DNA of 64,000 bases from Takakia lepidozioides (Eukaryota > Plantae > Bryophyta), in NCBI GenBank assembly GCA_030704615.1, contig CM060732.1, positions 33,666,001 to 33,730,000 of the forward strand, in the 5' to 3' direction. This document shows, piece after piece, positions 53,432 to 64,000 of this stretch (positions are counted from its first letter, which is position 1; the number at the start of each line of letters is the position of its first letter). The translations under genes and the position numbers were made by a program. The notes under the pieces are model-generated. The model did no database searches. It saw only the letters and a list, made by a program, of their open reading frames with translations, and was not told where the DNA came from.

Positions 53432-55963
53432 ATGGCGGAAAACCCGAGCGCTACAGTGTACTACCCTCCTCACGAGCATAGAGCTTCATTTCCGTGCAGA
53501 GGGGACATCTGCCGGGTGATGGAGAAATATCTGTGCGTTCGATACCACCTGAAACCGGGGTCAGTTTTTTTGGAGGAGGAAAGGAAGGACTCAAACGGCG
53601 TTGTTGTCGAGAGTATTGTTGTGCTCCACGATGATTTCGGCGATGGCAGGGAATGGCGAGTTCCACCATCGGACAGCGTCATATACAGAGCTGTTGGGGA
53701 CTTCATTTGCCCGCCAAATGCACCTTCTATCCTGGCACCTTCCACGAAACAATCCGCGAATCAGAGAGTGGCTACCTCAAAGAGAGAAGTCCGCAACGAA
53801 GTAAATCCAGAGCCGAACCCATCCATGAAGACGAGCGAGAACCGGGTTGTTCACAACCTGTCCGACTCAGACGAGGTCATGGAAGTTCCGAGGTCGTCCT
53901 GGAGATCAGGCAAGTCCTCAATGGACGTCAGTGGACGAGGGAGTCATATTCCCAGCACGAGCACCGCAGTTCGATCTATTCTTGAAATTCTGCAAGGGCT
54001 TCACATGGAGGGACACCGCTCGGAGCTGGCCGGGCTGGACTACAGCAAGTTCGCAATTAAATCGGTTACATGCCTTCCCGCAGACGTCGACGGTAATATC
54101 TTCTTTGAGTTCCCTCCTCGGACGGACTACTCGAGGGCGTCCGGAATGTTGACAGATATGGATAGAAAACATGACGGTCATCCTTGGTGCGTCACCAAAA
54201 CCACCAGCATGAAGATGCTGGATGGTGTGCGGGTGCGCTACGTTGTTTGTGCGGGCGCGTTGCGGTGTTTCTCCCCAACTTGCTTCCATTTTAAATCCAG
54301 AGGTCACAGGAACGAGACCGATTGGACAGGCACAGCTCATCAACCATTTCGTGCTCAGGAGAAGGTTCCGAACTCCACATTTAAGTGTGCGCATTGCAAA
54401 GAACCACCACACTGCATGTCTGTTTGTAATGCCAAGCAGTTCTATGTGTTGCACCGTTTCCTTGACCTCACCCGAACTTGCATACACGTTGGATCCCATT
54501 GTCACAAATTGGCGAGGGGGAACTCGCGGGAGGCTGCCCACGAGGCAGAGCAGCTCGTTCAGGAGGAGGTTAAGTTGAGACCGGGTGCCAAACCCAAACA
54601 GATACAGCTCCAAGCCGCCCATAAGATGGCCTTGGCCAGAATTATGTCGGAAGACGGCTCCGATAGAGTTCCTCTCGATGAGAAGGAAATGGAGGCATTG
54701 CTGGAGTCGGTGTCCCACGTATATTCACCGAATGTCCGAAACCACATTGTCTCATGCAAACAGAAAATTGGGCGTGGCTCGGATATGCACTCCATTCTGG
54801 AGGTGAAGCGACAATGTGGATATGACTACATTCATGGAAGTAGGTTTCCAGGACAAAGGATTGAGGCAGATCGTTGTTTCGTATTCAAAATGTCCACGTG
54901 TGGACCTGGAAGCGGCGTTGAACTGGTTGACAGGATGACGAGTGGGGACTTGTCAAACAGTTGGGTCATGTTCGACCATATCAAGCGAATTACAAATCAC
55001 CAGTGGGTGACAATGGGTGCACATGACTACGACACCCTCTGCAGGATGCTAATGACAATTGCTATTTGTGAGATGAAAGGAGAGGACACACAATCGGAGA
55101 TGATTCTTTGGCAGGGAATAAACGAACAGATGGCCAAGGCGGGATTGCCCCCTCCCAATTTCCGTGGTTTCATGGCGGACAACGCACAAGCAAATTGGGC
55201 TGCCATCCGAAGGGTGTACGGGCAAGACCCCAATGTTCCCATGGAAGGCAAGGAGAGATCTTGTGGGTTCCATTTTCTACAGAGCCTTTCGCAGTACACA
55301 ACCAGGCTCGTGGCGCCAGATCTCAGAGATGAGCACCGTTCCATGTGTCTTGCGTGGAAGCGCACTCCCACCTTGGATGATGCAGAGACACAGTTTGCAT
55401 GTATATGGGCTTGGTGGACATCGTCAGGTGCTGTAAGGAAATCAGACGAGGGAGCAATGGTCAGTTGGCTAGCATGGTGGCATTATCGTTTCCTCCAGTT
55501 TGGCGACTATATGCGGGAGGTGAGTTGCACGAATTCGCGTCCCGTTGAATATTATTCTTGGCATTATTTGAAACTTGCTTGTAACCTCAACATGTGCTTA
55601 TGCAGGAAATGTGTCTCGACTCCGACACCGACATGCCCACGACAAACATGGCCGAATCAGTGCATTCATCCTGGCGTGCCTCCTCTGCAGCGCATTTAGT
55701 GGACATCCTCACTGCCACAACGGAGGACATTGTGAGGTCAATTATGCAGCAATGCAGGTACAACGAGTTCTTGAAAGGGAAACAGTGGGGCTTGGGGCTG
55801 GACAGGCAGGAAATGCTGATGCGGACTGCCTCCAGATCAAAGAATCCTCGGAAGTGGGCGGCGGCCTTGCGAGAGGCCTTCGGGACATGCCATTGCTTCG
55901 AAGAGGCCAACATTTGGAAGGAGATGTTCATACCCGTCCAGTGAGACGAAGACTTGACGAGGC
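53432..55963 (+). pseudogene. Mutator-like (MULE) transposase, copy A, 3'-truncated
   Basis: ATG at 53432, intron 55520-55605. It has a Cys/His-rich GCM/WRKY-like region and DDE core WVMFDH, FMADNA, CGFH, TTNMAESVH. There is a 1-nt frameshift at ~55875 and it is fused to a Gypsy chromodomain at 55963. Confidence 0.8.
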
Positions 55964-58400
55964 TGCAACCGCCTCGGATGCGTTTCCCATTTCTGAGGCG
56001 CGCACCCAAGATGCCTCCACATGATGATAGCCCTTCCATTTGACGAGATACTCAGTTTCTCGGTTCTTGAACCTCCTCGACTTAAGTATTGCCTCCACCT
56101 CGTACTCAGGTTCATTTTCATGATCCAACAGCATAGGTGGCGGACGCAACACTTGATGCCGATTCGGACGCGCTTCATCTTTGAAGTAAGGCTTCAAAAG
56201 GGAGACATGGAATACTGGGTGCACCTTGCTGTTTGCCGGCAGCTCCAATTCATACACATCCTCATTCATAACCTTCCGAATGCGAAAGGGTCCCGCATAC
56301 GGAGGTACGAACTTCGGACTCACTTCCGGAGGTAGTCGGAAATTCTTGATGTCCAACCAGACCTCTGTGCCTGCCTCAAACTTCACTTCCCTCCGCTTCC
56401 GATTCGCCTGCCTTTCATACCGTTTCCTAGCTTTGGCAATGTTGTACTTTGCGAGCTTCAACAAACGCTCGCGTTCTTCCAGTACCACCGCTACTGCCGG
56501 TTCCTCAACGTCTTGGGCGGCCCAACTTGTCGGCACCAGAGGTGCTTTTCCATAGACCAATACGAAAGGGGAAACTCCCGTTGCGGAGTGTTCTGTGTTA
56601 TTGTAACAGAACTCTGCCGCGTCTAAGTGTTCCACCCAGTCTGTTTGGTCTGCCGACACGTAATTCCGCAAGATCTGCTTCACTACGGAATTCACTCTTT
56701 CTGTTTGGCCGTCGGTCGTAGGTTGGAAGGCGGTGCTCATCTTCAGCCTCGTCCCCATCTTCTTCCAAAGTGCTCTCCAGAATTTACTCGTAAACTTTGG
56801 ATCGCGATCCGAGACAATATCCTTCGGGACTCCATGATGCTTTAAGACGTGGGCGAAGTAAAGTCGCCCTGTCTCCTGCACCGTTGCCGTCTCCTTGGTG
56901 GGGATGAAATGGCCCATTTTATTGAACCTATCCACCACCACCATGATTGCATCGAATCCTTTTGACAGCGGCATAGCAGTCATGAAATCCATCGAGACGC
57001 TTTCCCAAGTCCCCTCTGGAATCGGCAAGGGTTGTAACAGCCCCGCTTGCTTTTTGTACTCGCTCCGGTTTTGTTGGCATGTGGTGCATGTCTTGACATA
57101 CTCCTCTGCCTCCTCCCTCAGTTTGGGCCAGAAATACTCTTTCTTCAAGAGTGCCGCAGTGCGCTTGGCTCCGTCGTGGCCCGCAAGCGGGCTATCATGG
57201 CATTCTTTCAAGAGGCTATCTCTGATCCCTCCCTTCGGCACGTAGAGACGCATTTGCTTATACCGGAGCAGTCCATTTTGCAAGTGGAACTGCGATTTAA
57301 CCCCCATCCTCAAGTCCTGCATCACGGACTTCGCCAGCTCATCCTTCCGGCAAGCCTTCCGGATCTTCCTTTGGAGCGCCGTCTCGCCCCTGTACACCAA
57401 CAGGAGCTGCTGCTTTCTACTTAAAGCATCGGCCACCACATTGTCCCGTCCCGGTTTGTACTGGATATCCACGTCGAACACCGCCAAAGTATCTTGCCAC
57501 CTAAGTTGTTTTGGGGACAACTTGGGCTGCGTGGCAAAATACTTCACTGTGACATTGTCCGTGAACACCTTCACTGGGTTGGAACCAACATAGTGGCGCC
57601 AAAGCTCAAGGCAATGCACCACCGCCTTCATCTCTTTTTCGTGCGTCGGCCACCGTCGCTCCACTTCATTCAGTTTCTTACTTTTGTAAGCCACTGGACG
57701 TCCATCTTGCATAAGTACACCCTCAATCGCGAAGTCCGACGCATCTGTATGAATCTCAAATGGACGATCGAACTCCGGGATTTTCAAGACTGGAGCTTCC
57801 GCCATCCGCTGCTTCAATTCAGCAAAAGCTTGGCCACAAAATGTATTCCATACCCAGACTTTGGATTTACACAGAAGGTCCGACAGCGGCCCCGCGATCT
57901 TGGCGAAATTTCTCACATACTTCCGGTAATAGGAGGCGAGTCCTAGGAAGGATCGCACTCCCGGGACCGAAGTCGGAGGCTCCTAGTCCAAGATCGCCCT
58001 CACCTTTCTGTCATCCATTTTGATCCCATCCTGTGTAATCACATGCCCCAAGAACTCCACTTTCGTGACCCCGAATTCGCACTTTGAAGCTTTGGCATAC
58101 AGCTTCCCTTCTCACAATTTTTGGAACACCATTTTGAGGTGCTCCAGGTGCTCCTCCTTTGTTTTCGAGTACACCAAGATGTCGTCGATGTACACGATCA
58201 CAAAGTCATCCAACCACTCCTGAAAAAGGCTGTTCATCAGCGTGCTAAATGTCGCTGGTGCATTGGTGAGCCCAAAAGGCATCACCAAGAACTCATATGA
58301 ACCATACCTTGTCCTGCACGCGGTCTTCTCCTCATCTCCTTCCGCCACCAGAATTTGATGATAGCCGGAGCGCAAGTCGATCCGGCTGAAATACTTCGCT
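55964..58400 (-). mobile_element. Same chromovirus 3' half: RT core, RNase H, integrase, chromodomain (no PPT or 3' LTR)
   Basis: Motifs: [65 protein letters not shown], and chromodomain EYEVEAILKSR..YLVKWKGY. In-frame stops occur at ~58112 and ~57985. Confidence 0.93.
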
Positions 58401-58844
58401 CAAAGTTCAATATCGTGGTCCTTTTAGAGGTAGAGTCTGTGAGACACTAACCCTCTCAAAGCTACTTTAGGGATGTCAGCCCACCTTGGTAAATAACACT
58501 AAGCCCAACTTTCCATGCTTAAACGGCCATGAAGACATTTTGATTACGTGGAACTTGGTATTTAATTAATGGGTTGGCTGCATCTATACCATAGTAAAAG
58601 CCTAAAGATGATTCCAGCATTGCTCCAGTGCATGTTGGGACTTAGCCAGTTTTCGGCCCAAAATAGAGAAATTCGGCACCATTTTTCCAGAAATGGCCCC
58701 ACAACTGCTTCTATTGGATCTCAGTTTGAATGGAATATTGCCTCATTCCAGGAGTTTTGGGGTGCATTTCATTACACTGCAAAAAAAAATCTGATACATG
58801 AAAATGCAATTGAAAATATCCATAGGAGGATTCCCTTTGCCCCA

Positions 58845-61800
58845 TCAATGATTTCTGGAATCCCTAAGGAGGAGTTTGTGTAGCTCGTTCACGCTCAACG
58901 CCGGTGCATGAATAAAGTCATCAATAGTCACATTCATCCTCAACCTCTTCAGGTAAATGTAATACAGATGCTTGCACGGATAATACTTTGAACCCTTCTT
59001 TGCTTCCATCAAGGAGAAGTCCGTACAATTGCAAGTCGGCTCCACTCCAATCGTAATTGTGTATACATCGTCGCGTACAGCCAAGCCGGCCGTTGCCATC
59101 CGATAAACACGCCCAAGGCCGGGTGGAGGTACGTCCACGGAGCTCCGAATAGTGCAAGCCATCCCAAGAGCATTGGCAATCCGAGTCTCATTCAACTTGT
59201 TGGGAGGGTGTCGTCTCTTCACTCTTCCGAATTGCATTGTGGGATGTGCATAATTGTCCAATCCGTCTCTACTGGACCGAGCAGTCTGCAATGGCTGGGT
59301 CTCAGGAACTAGAAATGCGTGGGCCGGGACGTCTATGCGTTGCACCATTCAAAATCCTGCTGCAGATAGAGCATCCGCCTCATTCTGAGAGAGGCTGCAA
59401 CCCGGTGCAACAGGCCAGACGCCCGGAGGCTCCGGCATTCCCTGAATCCCGTACTTGGGCTTACCAAATACACAGGTCATTATGTCGTGCCTACAGAACC
59501 AAAACGTCTGCGTTGTGGCGTGAGCAAATGTGGGAGTCAAAAATCTGTCGCTGAAACAAGGTGCAGGTACAGCACCGTGTGGGTTCCTCCGAATCATCTC
59601 ACCACAGCGTGCTCTCGTATCCACCCGAATGGCGCAACACTTCCCTTGAAATGCCGGCAATGTCCTTGCAATTCTCCACTGTGACTCCGACACTCTTGTC
59701 TCCACAATGGGTATGTTGTACTGCGTTACCACAGATGGCTCGTTATGTTCCTCGGGCACGTGCCCTGTGCTCAAAGGAGATGGCGATCTTGAACGTGCAG
59801 GACTTGCGGTGCTCGACGAGACCTCCTCGGGCAACATCACGGGACCACGAGGGAGCGTGCGTATATTCTTGTCAGCTCGCCATGAATCCTCTTCCCCGCC
59901 AGGTGCCTCGTCAAGTCTTCGTCTCACTGGACGGGTATGAACATCTCCTTCCAAATGTTGGCCTCTTCGAAGCAATGGCGTGTCCCGAAGGCCCTCTCGC
60001 AAGGCTGCCGCCCACTTCCGAGGATTCTTCGATCTGGAGGCAGTCCGCATCAGCATTTCCTGCCTGTCCGGCCTCAAGCCCCACTGTTTCTTTTTCAAGA
60101 ACTCGTTGTACCTACATTGTTGCATAATTGACCTCACAATGTCCTCCGTTGTGGCAGTGAGGATGTCCACCAGATGCGCGGCAGAGGAGGCACGCCAGGA
60201 TGAATGCACTGATTCAGGCATGTTTGTCGTGGGCATGTCGGTGTCGGAGTCGAGACACATTTCCTGCACAAGCACATGTTGAGGTTACAAGCAAGTTTCA
60301 AATAATGCCAAGAATAATATTCAACGGGACGCGAATTCGTGCAACTCACCTCCCGCATATAGTCGCCAAACTGGAGGAAACGATAATGCCACCATGCTAG
60401 CCAACTGACCATTGCTCCCTCGTCTGATTTCCTTACAGCACCTGACGATGTCCACCAAGCCCATATACATGCAAACTGTGTCTCTGCATCATCCAAGGTG
60501 GGAGTGCGCTTCCACGCAAGACACATGGAACGGTGCTCCTCTCTGAGATCTGGCCCCACGAGCCTGGTTGTGTACTGCGAAAGGCTCTGTAGAAAATGGA
60601 ACCCACAAGATCTCCCCTTGCCTTCCATGGGAACATTGGGGTCTTGCCCGTACACCCTTCGGATGGCAGCCCAATTTGCTTGTGCGTTGTCCGCCATGAA
60701 ACCACGGAAATTGGGAGGGGGCAATCCCGCCTTGGCCATCTGTTCGTTTATTCCTTGCCAAAGAATCATCTCCGATTGTGTGTCCTCTCCTTTCATCTCA
60801 CAAATAGCAATTGTCATTAGCATCCTGCAGAGGGTGTCGTAGTCATGTGCACCCATTGTCACCCACTGGTGATTTGTAATTCGCTTGATATGGTCGAACA
60901 TGACCCAACTGTTTGACAAGTCCCCACTCGTCATCCTGTCAACCAGTTCAACGCCGCTGCCAGGTCCACACGTGGACATTTTGAATACGAAACAACGATC
61001 TGCCTCAGTCCTTTGTCCTGGAAACCTACTTCCATAAATGTAGTCATATCCACATCGTCGCTTCACCTCCAGAATGGAGTGCATATCCGAGCCACGCCCA
61101 ATTTTCTGTTTGCATGAGACAATGTGGTTTCGGACATTCGGTGAACATACGTGGGACACCGACTCCAGCAATGCCTCCATTTCCTTCTCATCGAGAGGAA
61201 CTCTATCGGAGCCGTCTTCCAACATCATTCTGGCCAAGGCCATCTTATGGGCGGCTTGGAGCTGTATCTGTTTGGGTTTGGCACCCGGTCTCAACTTAAC
61301 CTCCTCCTGAACGAGCTGCTCTGCCTCGTGGGCAGCCTCCCGCGAGTTCCCCCTCGCCAATTTGTGACAATGGGAACCAATGTGTATGCAAGCTCGGTTG
61401 AGGTCAAGGAAACGGTGCAACACATAGAACTGCTTGGCATTACAAACAAACATGCAGTGTGGTGGTTCTTTGCAATGCGCACACTTAAATGTGGAGTTCG
61501 GAACCTTCTCCTGAGCACGAAATGGTTGATGAGCTGTGCCTGTCCAATCGGTCTCGTTCCTGTGACCTCTGGATTTAAAATGGAAGCAAGTTGGGGAGAA
61601 ACACTGCAACGCGCCCGCACAAACAACGTAGCGCACCCGCACACCATCGAGCATCTTCATGCTGGTGGTTTTGGTGACGCACCAAGGATGACCATCATGT
61701 TTTCTATCCATATCTGTCAACATTCCGGACGCCCTCGAGTAGTCCATCCGAGGAGGGAACTCAAAGAAGATATTACTGTCGACGTCTGCGGGAAGGCATG

Positions 61801-62437
61801 TAACCGATTTAATTGCGAACTTGCTGTAGTCCAGCTTGGCCAGCTATGAGCGGTGTCCCTCCATGTGAAGCCCTCGCAGAATTTCAAGAATAGATCGAAC
61901 TGCGGTGCTCGTGCTGGGAATATGACTCCCTTGTCCACCGACGTCCATTGAGGACTTGCCTGATCTCCAGGACGACCTCGGAACTTCCATGACCTCGTCT
62001 GAGTCGGACAGGTTGTGAACAACCCGGTTCTCGCTCGTCTTCATGGATGGGTTCGGCTCTGGATTTACTTCGTTGCGGACTTCTCTCTTTGAGGTAGCCA
62101 CTCTCTGATTCGCGGATTGTTTCGTGGAAGGTGCCAGGATAGAAGGTGCATTTGGCGGGCAAATGAAGTCCCCAACAGCTCTGTATATGACGCTGTCCGA
62201 TGGTGGAACTCGCCATTCCCTGCCATCGCCGAAATCATCGTGGAGCACAACAATACTCTCGACAACAACGCCGTATGAGTCCTTCCTTTCCTCCTCCAAA
62301 AAAACCGACCCCGGTTTCAGGTGGTATCGAACGCACAGATATTTCTCCATCACCCGGCAGATGTCCCCTCTGCACGGAAATGAAGCTCTATGCTCGTGAG
62401 GAGGGCAGTACACTGTAGCGCTCGGGTTTTCCGCCAT
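58845..62437 (-). pseudogene. Mutator-like transposase, copy B, full length (~1,168 aa) with C-terminal SWIM finger
   Basis: Exons are 62437-60350 and 60263-58845 (86-nt intron). In-frame stops occur at 61846-61844 (TAG; GAG in copy A) and 59351-59349 (TGA). The SWIM finger reads CNCTDF..YPCKHL. Confidence 0.85.
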
Positions 62438-62714
62438 GGGAGATGTGCACACAAGACTCCCAGGATGGCGTGCGGGCAAGCTCCCTGGAAGAAGGGGGAT
62501 GCAGCGATGGGAAGGAATGCGGTGCCGATTTGTCCGAGCGACGAAGCCTGATCCAAATCCAGGGAGCCAACTATCTCAAAAATCCAGTCAGAGTGTTAAT
62601 GAACCTTGTCTCAGGAATGCGGCCCTTGGTCTTTGCGTAATAACTGCCAACGGTATGCAGTCATAAAGTGGGGGGCCGTCCGGATGATGTCGGCTGAAGG
62701 GGAGAAGCCGACAC

Positions 62715-63833
62715 CGTGCCGTCGCATTACTACCCCCGGATGAAAATTCGGCACCGAATATCCAGCAAGGGCCGCACGAATGCAGTCGCCTCGGGCAGAG
62801 AGGCCGGAACCTGTCCGACACAGAACAACCCCCGGATGGAAATTCAGCGCCGACTTTCCATTCGGATCCCCCCAAAGGAAGTCGTGTCGGGGGGTCAGGC
62901 CGAAAACTGGCCGACATAAAAACCTCCCCGGATGGAAAAATGGCGCCGAATTTCCATCCGAGGCCGTTCGGATGAAGTCGGCTCGGGGGAAAGGCCGCCA
63001 CCTGGCCCTCACATTACAACCCCCGGACGGAAATTCGGCACCGAATATCCATCCGGGGAAGCCCGGATGAAGTCGCCTCGGGCGTAGAGGCCGGCGCGTG
63101 TTCGACAGAGAGCATCCCCTGGATGGAGATTCGGCGCCGAATTTCCATCCGGGCCCCAGCAAACGAAGTCATGTCGGGGGGGCAGGCCGAGAACTGGCCG
63201 ACATAAAAACCTCCCCAGATGGGAAAACAGCGCCGAATTTCCATCCGGGGCCGTTCGGATGCAGTCGGCTCGGGGGGAGAGGCCGGCACCTGGCCGTCAC
63301 ATTTCAACCCCCGGACGGAAATTCGGCACCAAATATCCAACAGGTGACGCCCGGACGAAGTCGCCTTGGGCGTAGAGGCCGGCACCTGTCCGACAGAGAC
63401 CATCCCCCGGATGGAAATTCGCCGCCGAATTTCCATCCGGGCCCCCTCAAAGGAAGTTCGGTCAGGTGGTGAGGCCCAAAACTGGACGATATAAAAACCG
63501 AACAGGATGGAAAAACGGCGCCGAATTTCCGTGCGGGGCGGTTCGGATGCAGTCGGGGAGGGGGGAGAGGCCGGCACCTGTCCGTCACATTTCAACCCCC
63601 GGACGGAAATTCGGCACCGAATATCCAACAGGTGTCGCCCGGACGAAGTCGCCTCGGGCGTAGAGGCCAGCACCTGTCCGACAGAGACCATCCCCCGGAT
63701 GGAAATTCGCCGCCGAATTTCCATCCGGGCCCCCTCAAAGGAAGTCCGGTCGGGTGGTGAGGCCCAAAACAAGAGGATATAAAAACCGAACAGGATGGAA
63801 AAACGGCGCCGAATTTCCGTCCGAGGCGATTCG
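62715..63833 (-). repeat. Second copy of the 96/288-bp palindromic array, upstream of transposase copy B
   Basis: It is the reverse complement of 52034-53150, with 12 monomers ending at ~63830. Confidence 0.92.
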
Positions 63834-64000
63834 GATTTCCCTCTAGCAGTCAAGGATTCCATGAAAAACGTGTCTAAAAGTGGACTTCAGCCACAAAACT
63901 AAAAGTTTACTTTGTTTTTCTCCGAAAAACCAAGCGACCACGCTCAGAATTACCTCCAGGAAGGTAATTCGACGCTTCGACTTACCTGATGAATGGAAAT

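Noticed and set aside
52034-63833. The two inverted MULE copies as giant TIRs of one composite transposon
   Set aside because: The left copy lies inside the 49255-58400 insertion, is bounded by a Gypsy LTR and is broken mid-gene. Secondary mobilisation cannot be excluded because the right end is outside the window.
63014-63862. 282-aa and other ORFs with repeated MEIRRRISIRG / WKFGAEFPSGG
   Set aside because: These are by-products of a GC-rich repeat with a period divisible by 3. They are open in several frames on both strands.

Overview
This is eukaryotic nuclear DNA from a non-seed land plant, most likely a bryophyte. That assignment is inferred from PLS-type PPR repeats, a half-tRNA-primed Copia element and a bryophyte-type mitochondrial trnR(UCU) copy. 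The first 47 kb is gene-rich. It holds a decayed PPR array fused to a Copia remnant, SCPL51-like carboxypeptidase (-), a conserved plant unknown-function coiled-coil gene (-) with a mitochondrial tRNA in an intron, mitochondrial FtsH3/10 (+), an intronless SLC35F transporter (+), a dPGM-like phosphatase (+), an L1 fragment, and a PDI with non-canonical active sites (+). The introns carry nine sense-oriented copies of a poly(A)-less, TC-microsatellite-associated retroposon and one TTAA/CCC piggyBac-like element. The last 17 kb is a transposon nest. A 9,146-bp circularly permuted block (Galadriel-like chromovirus plus half of a Mutator-like element) is inserted without a TSD beside a second copy of the same Mutator-like element. 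This creates a ~3.9-kb-arm inverted duplication resembling a 'Mu killer' hairpin locus. The Mutator-like element encodes a ~1,170-aa GCM/WRKY-like DBD-DDE-SWIM transposase, preceded by twelve 96-bp monomers each built on a 34-bp palindrome. Exon coordinates were read by eye and may be off by a few nt.
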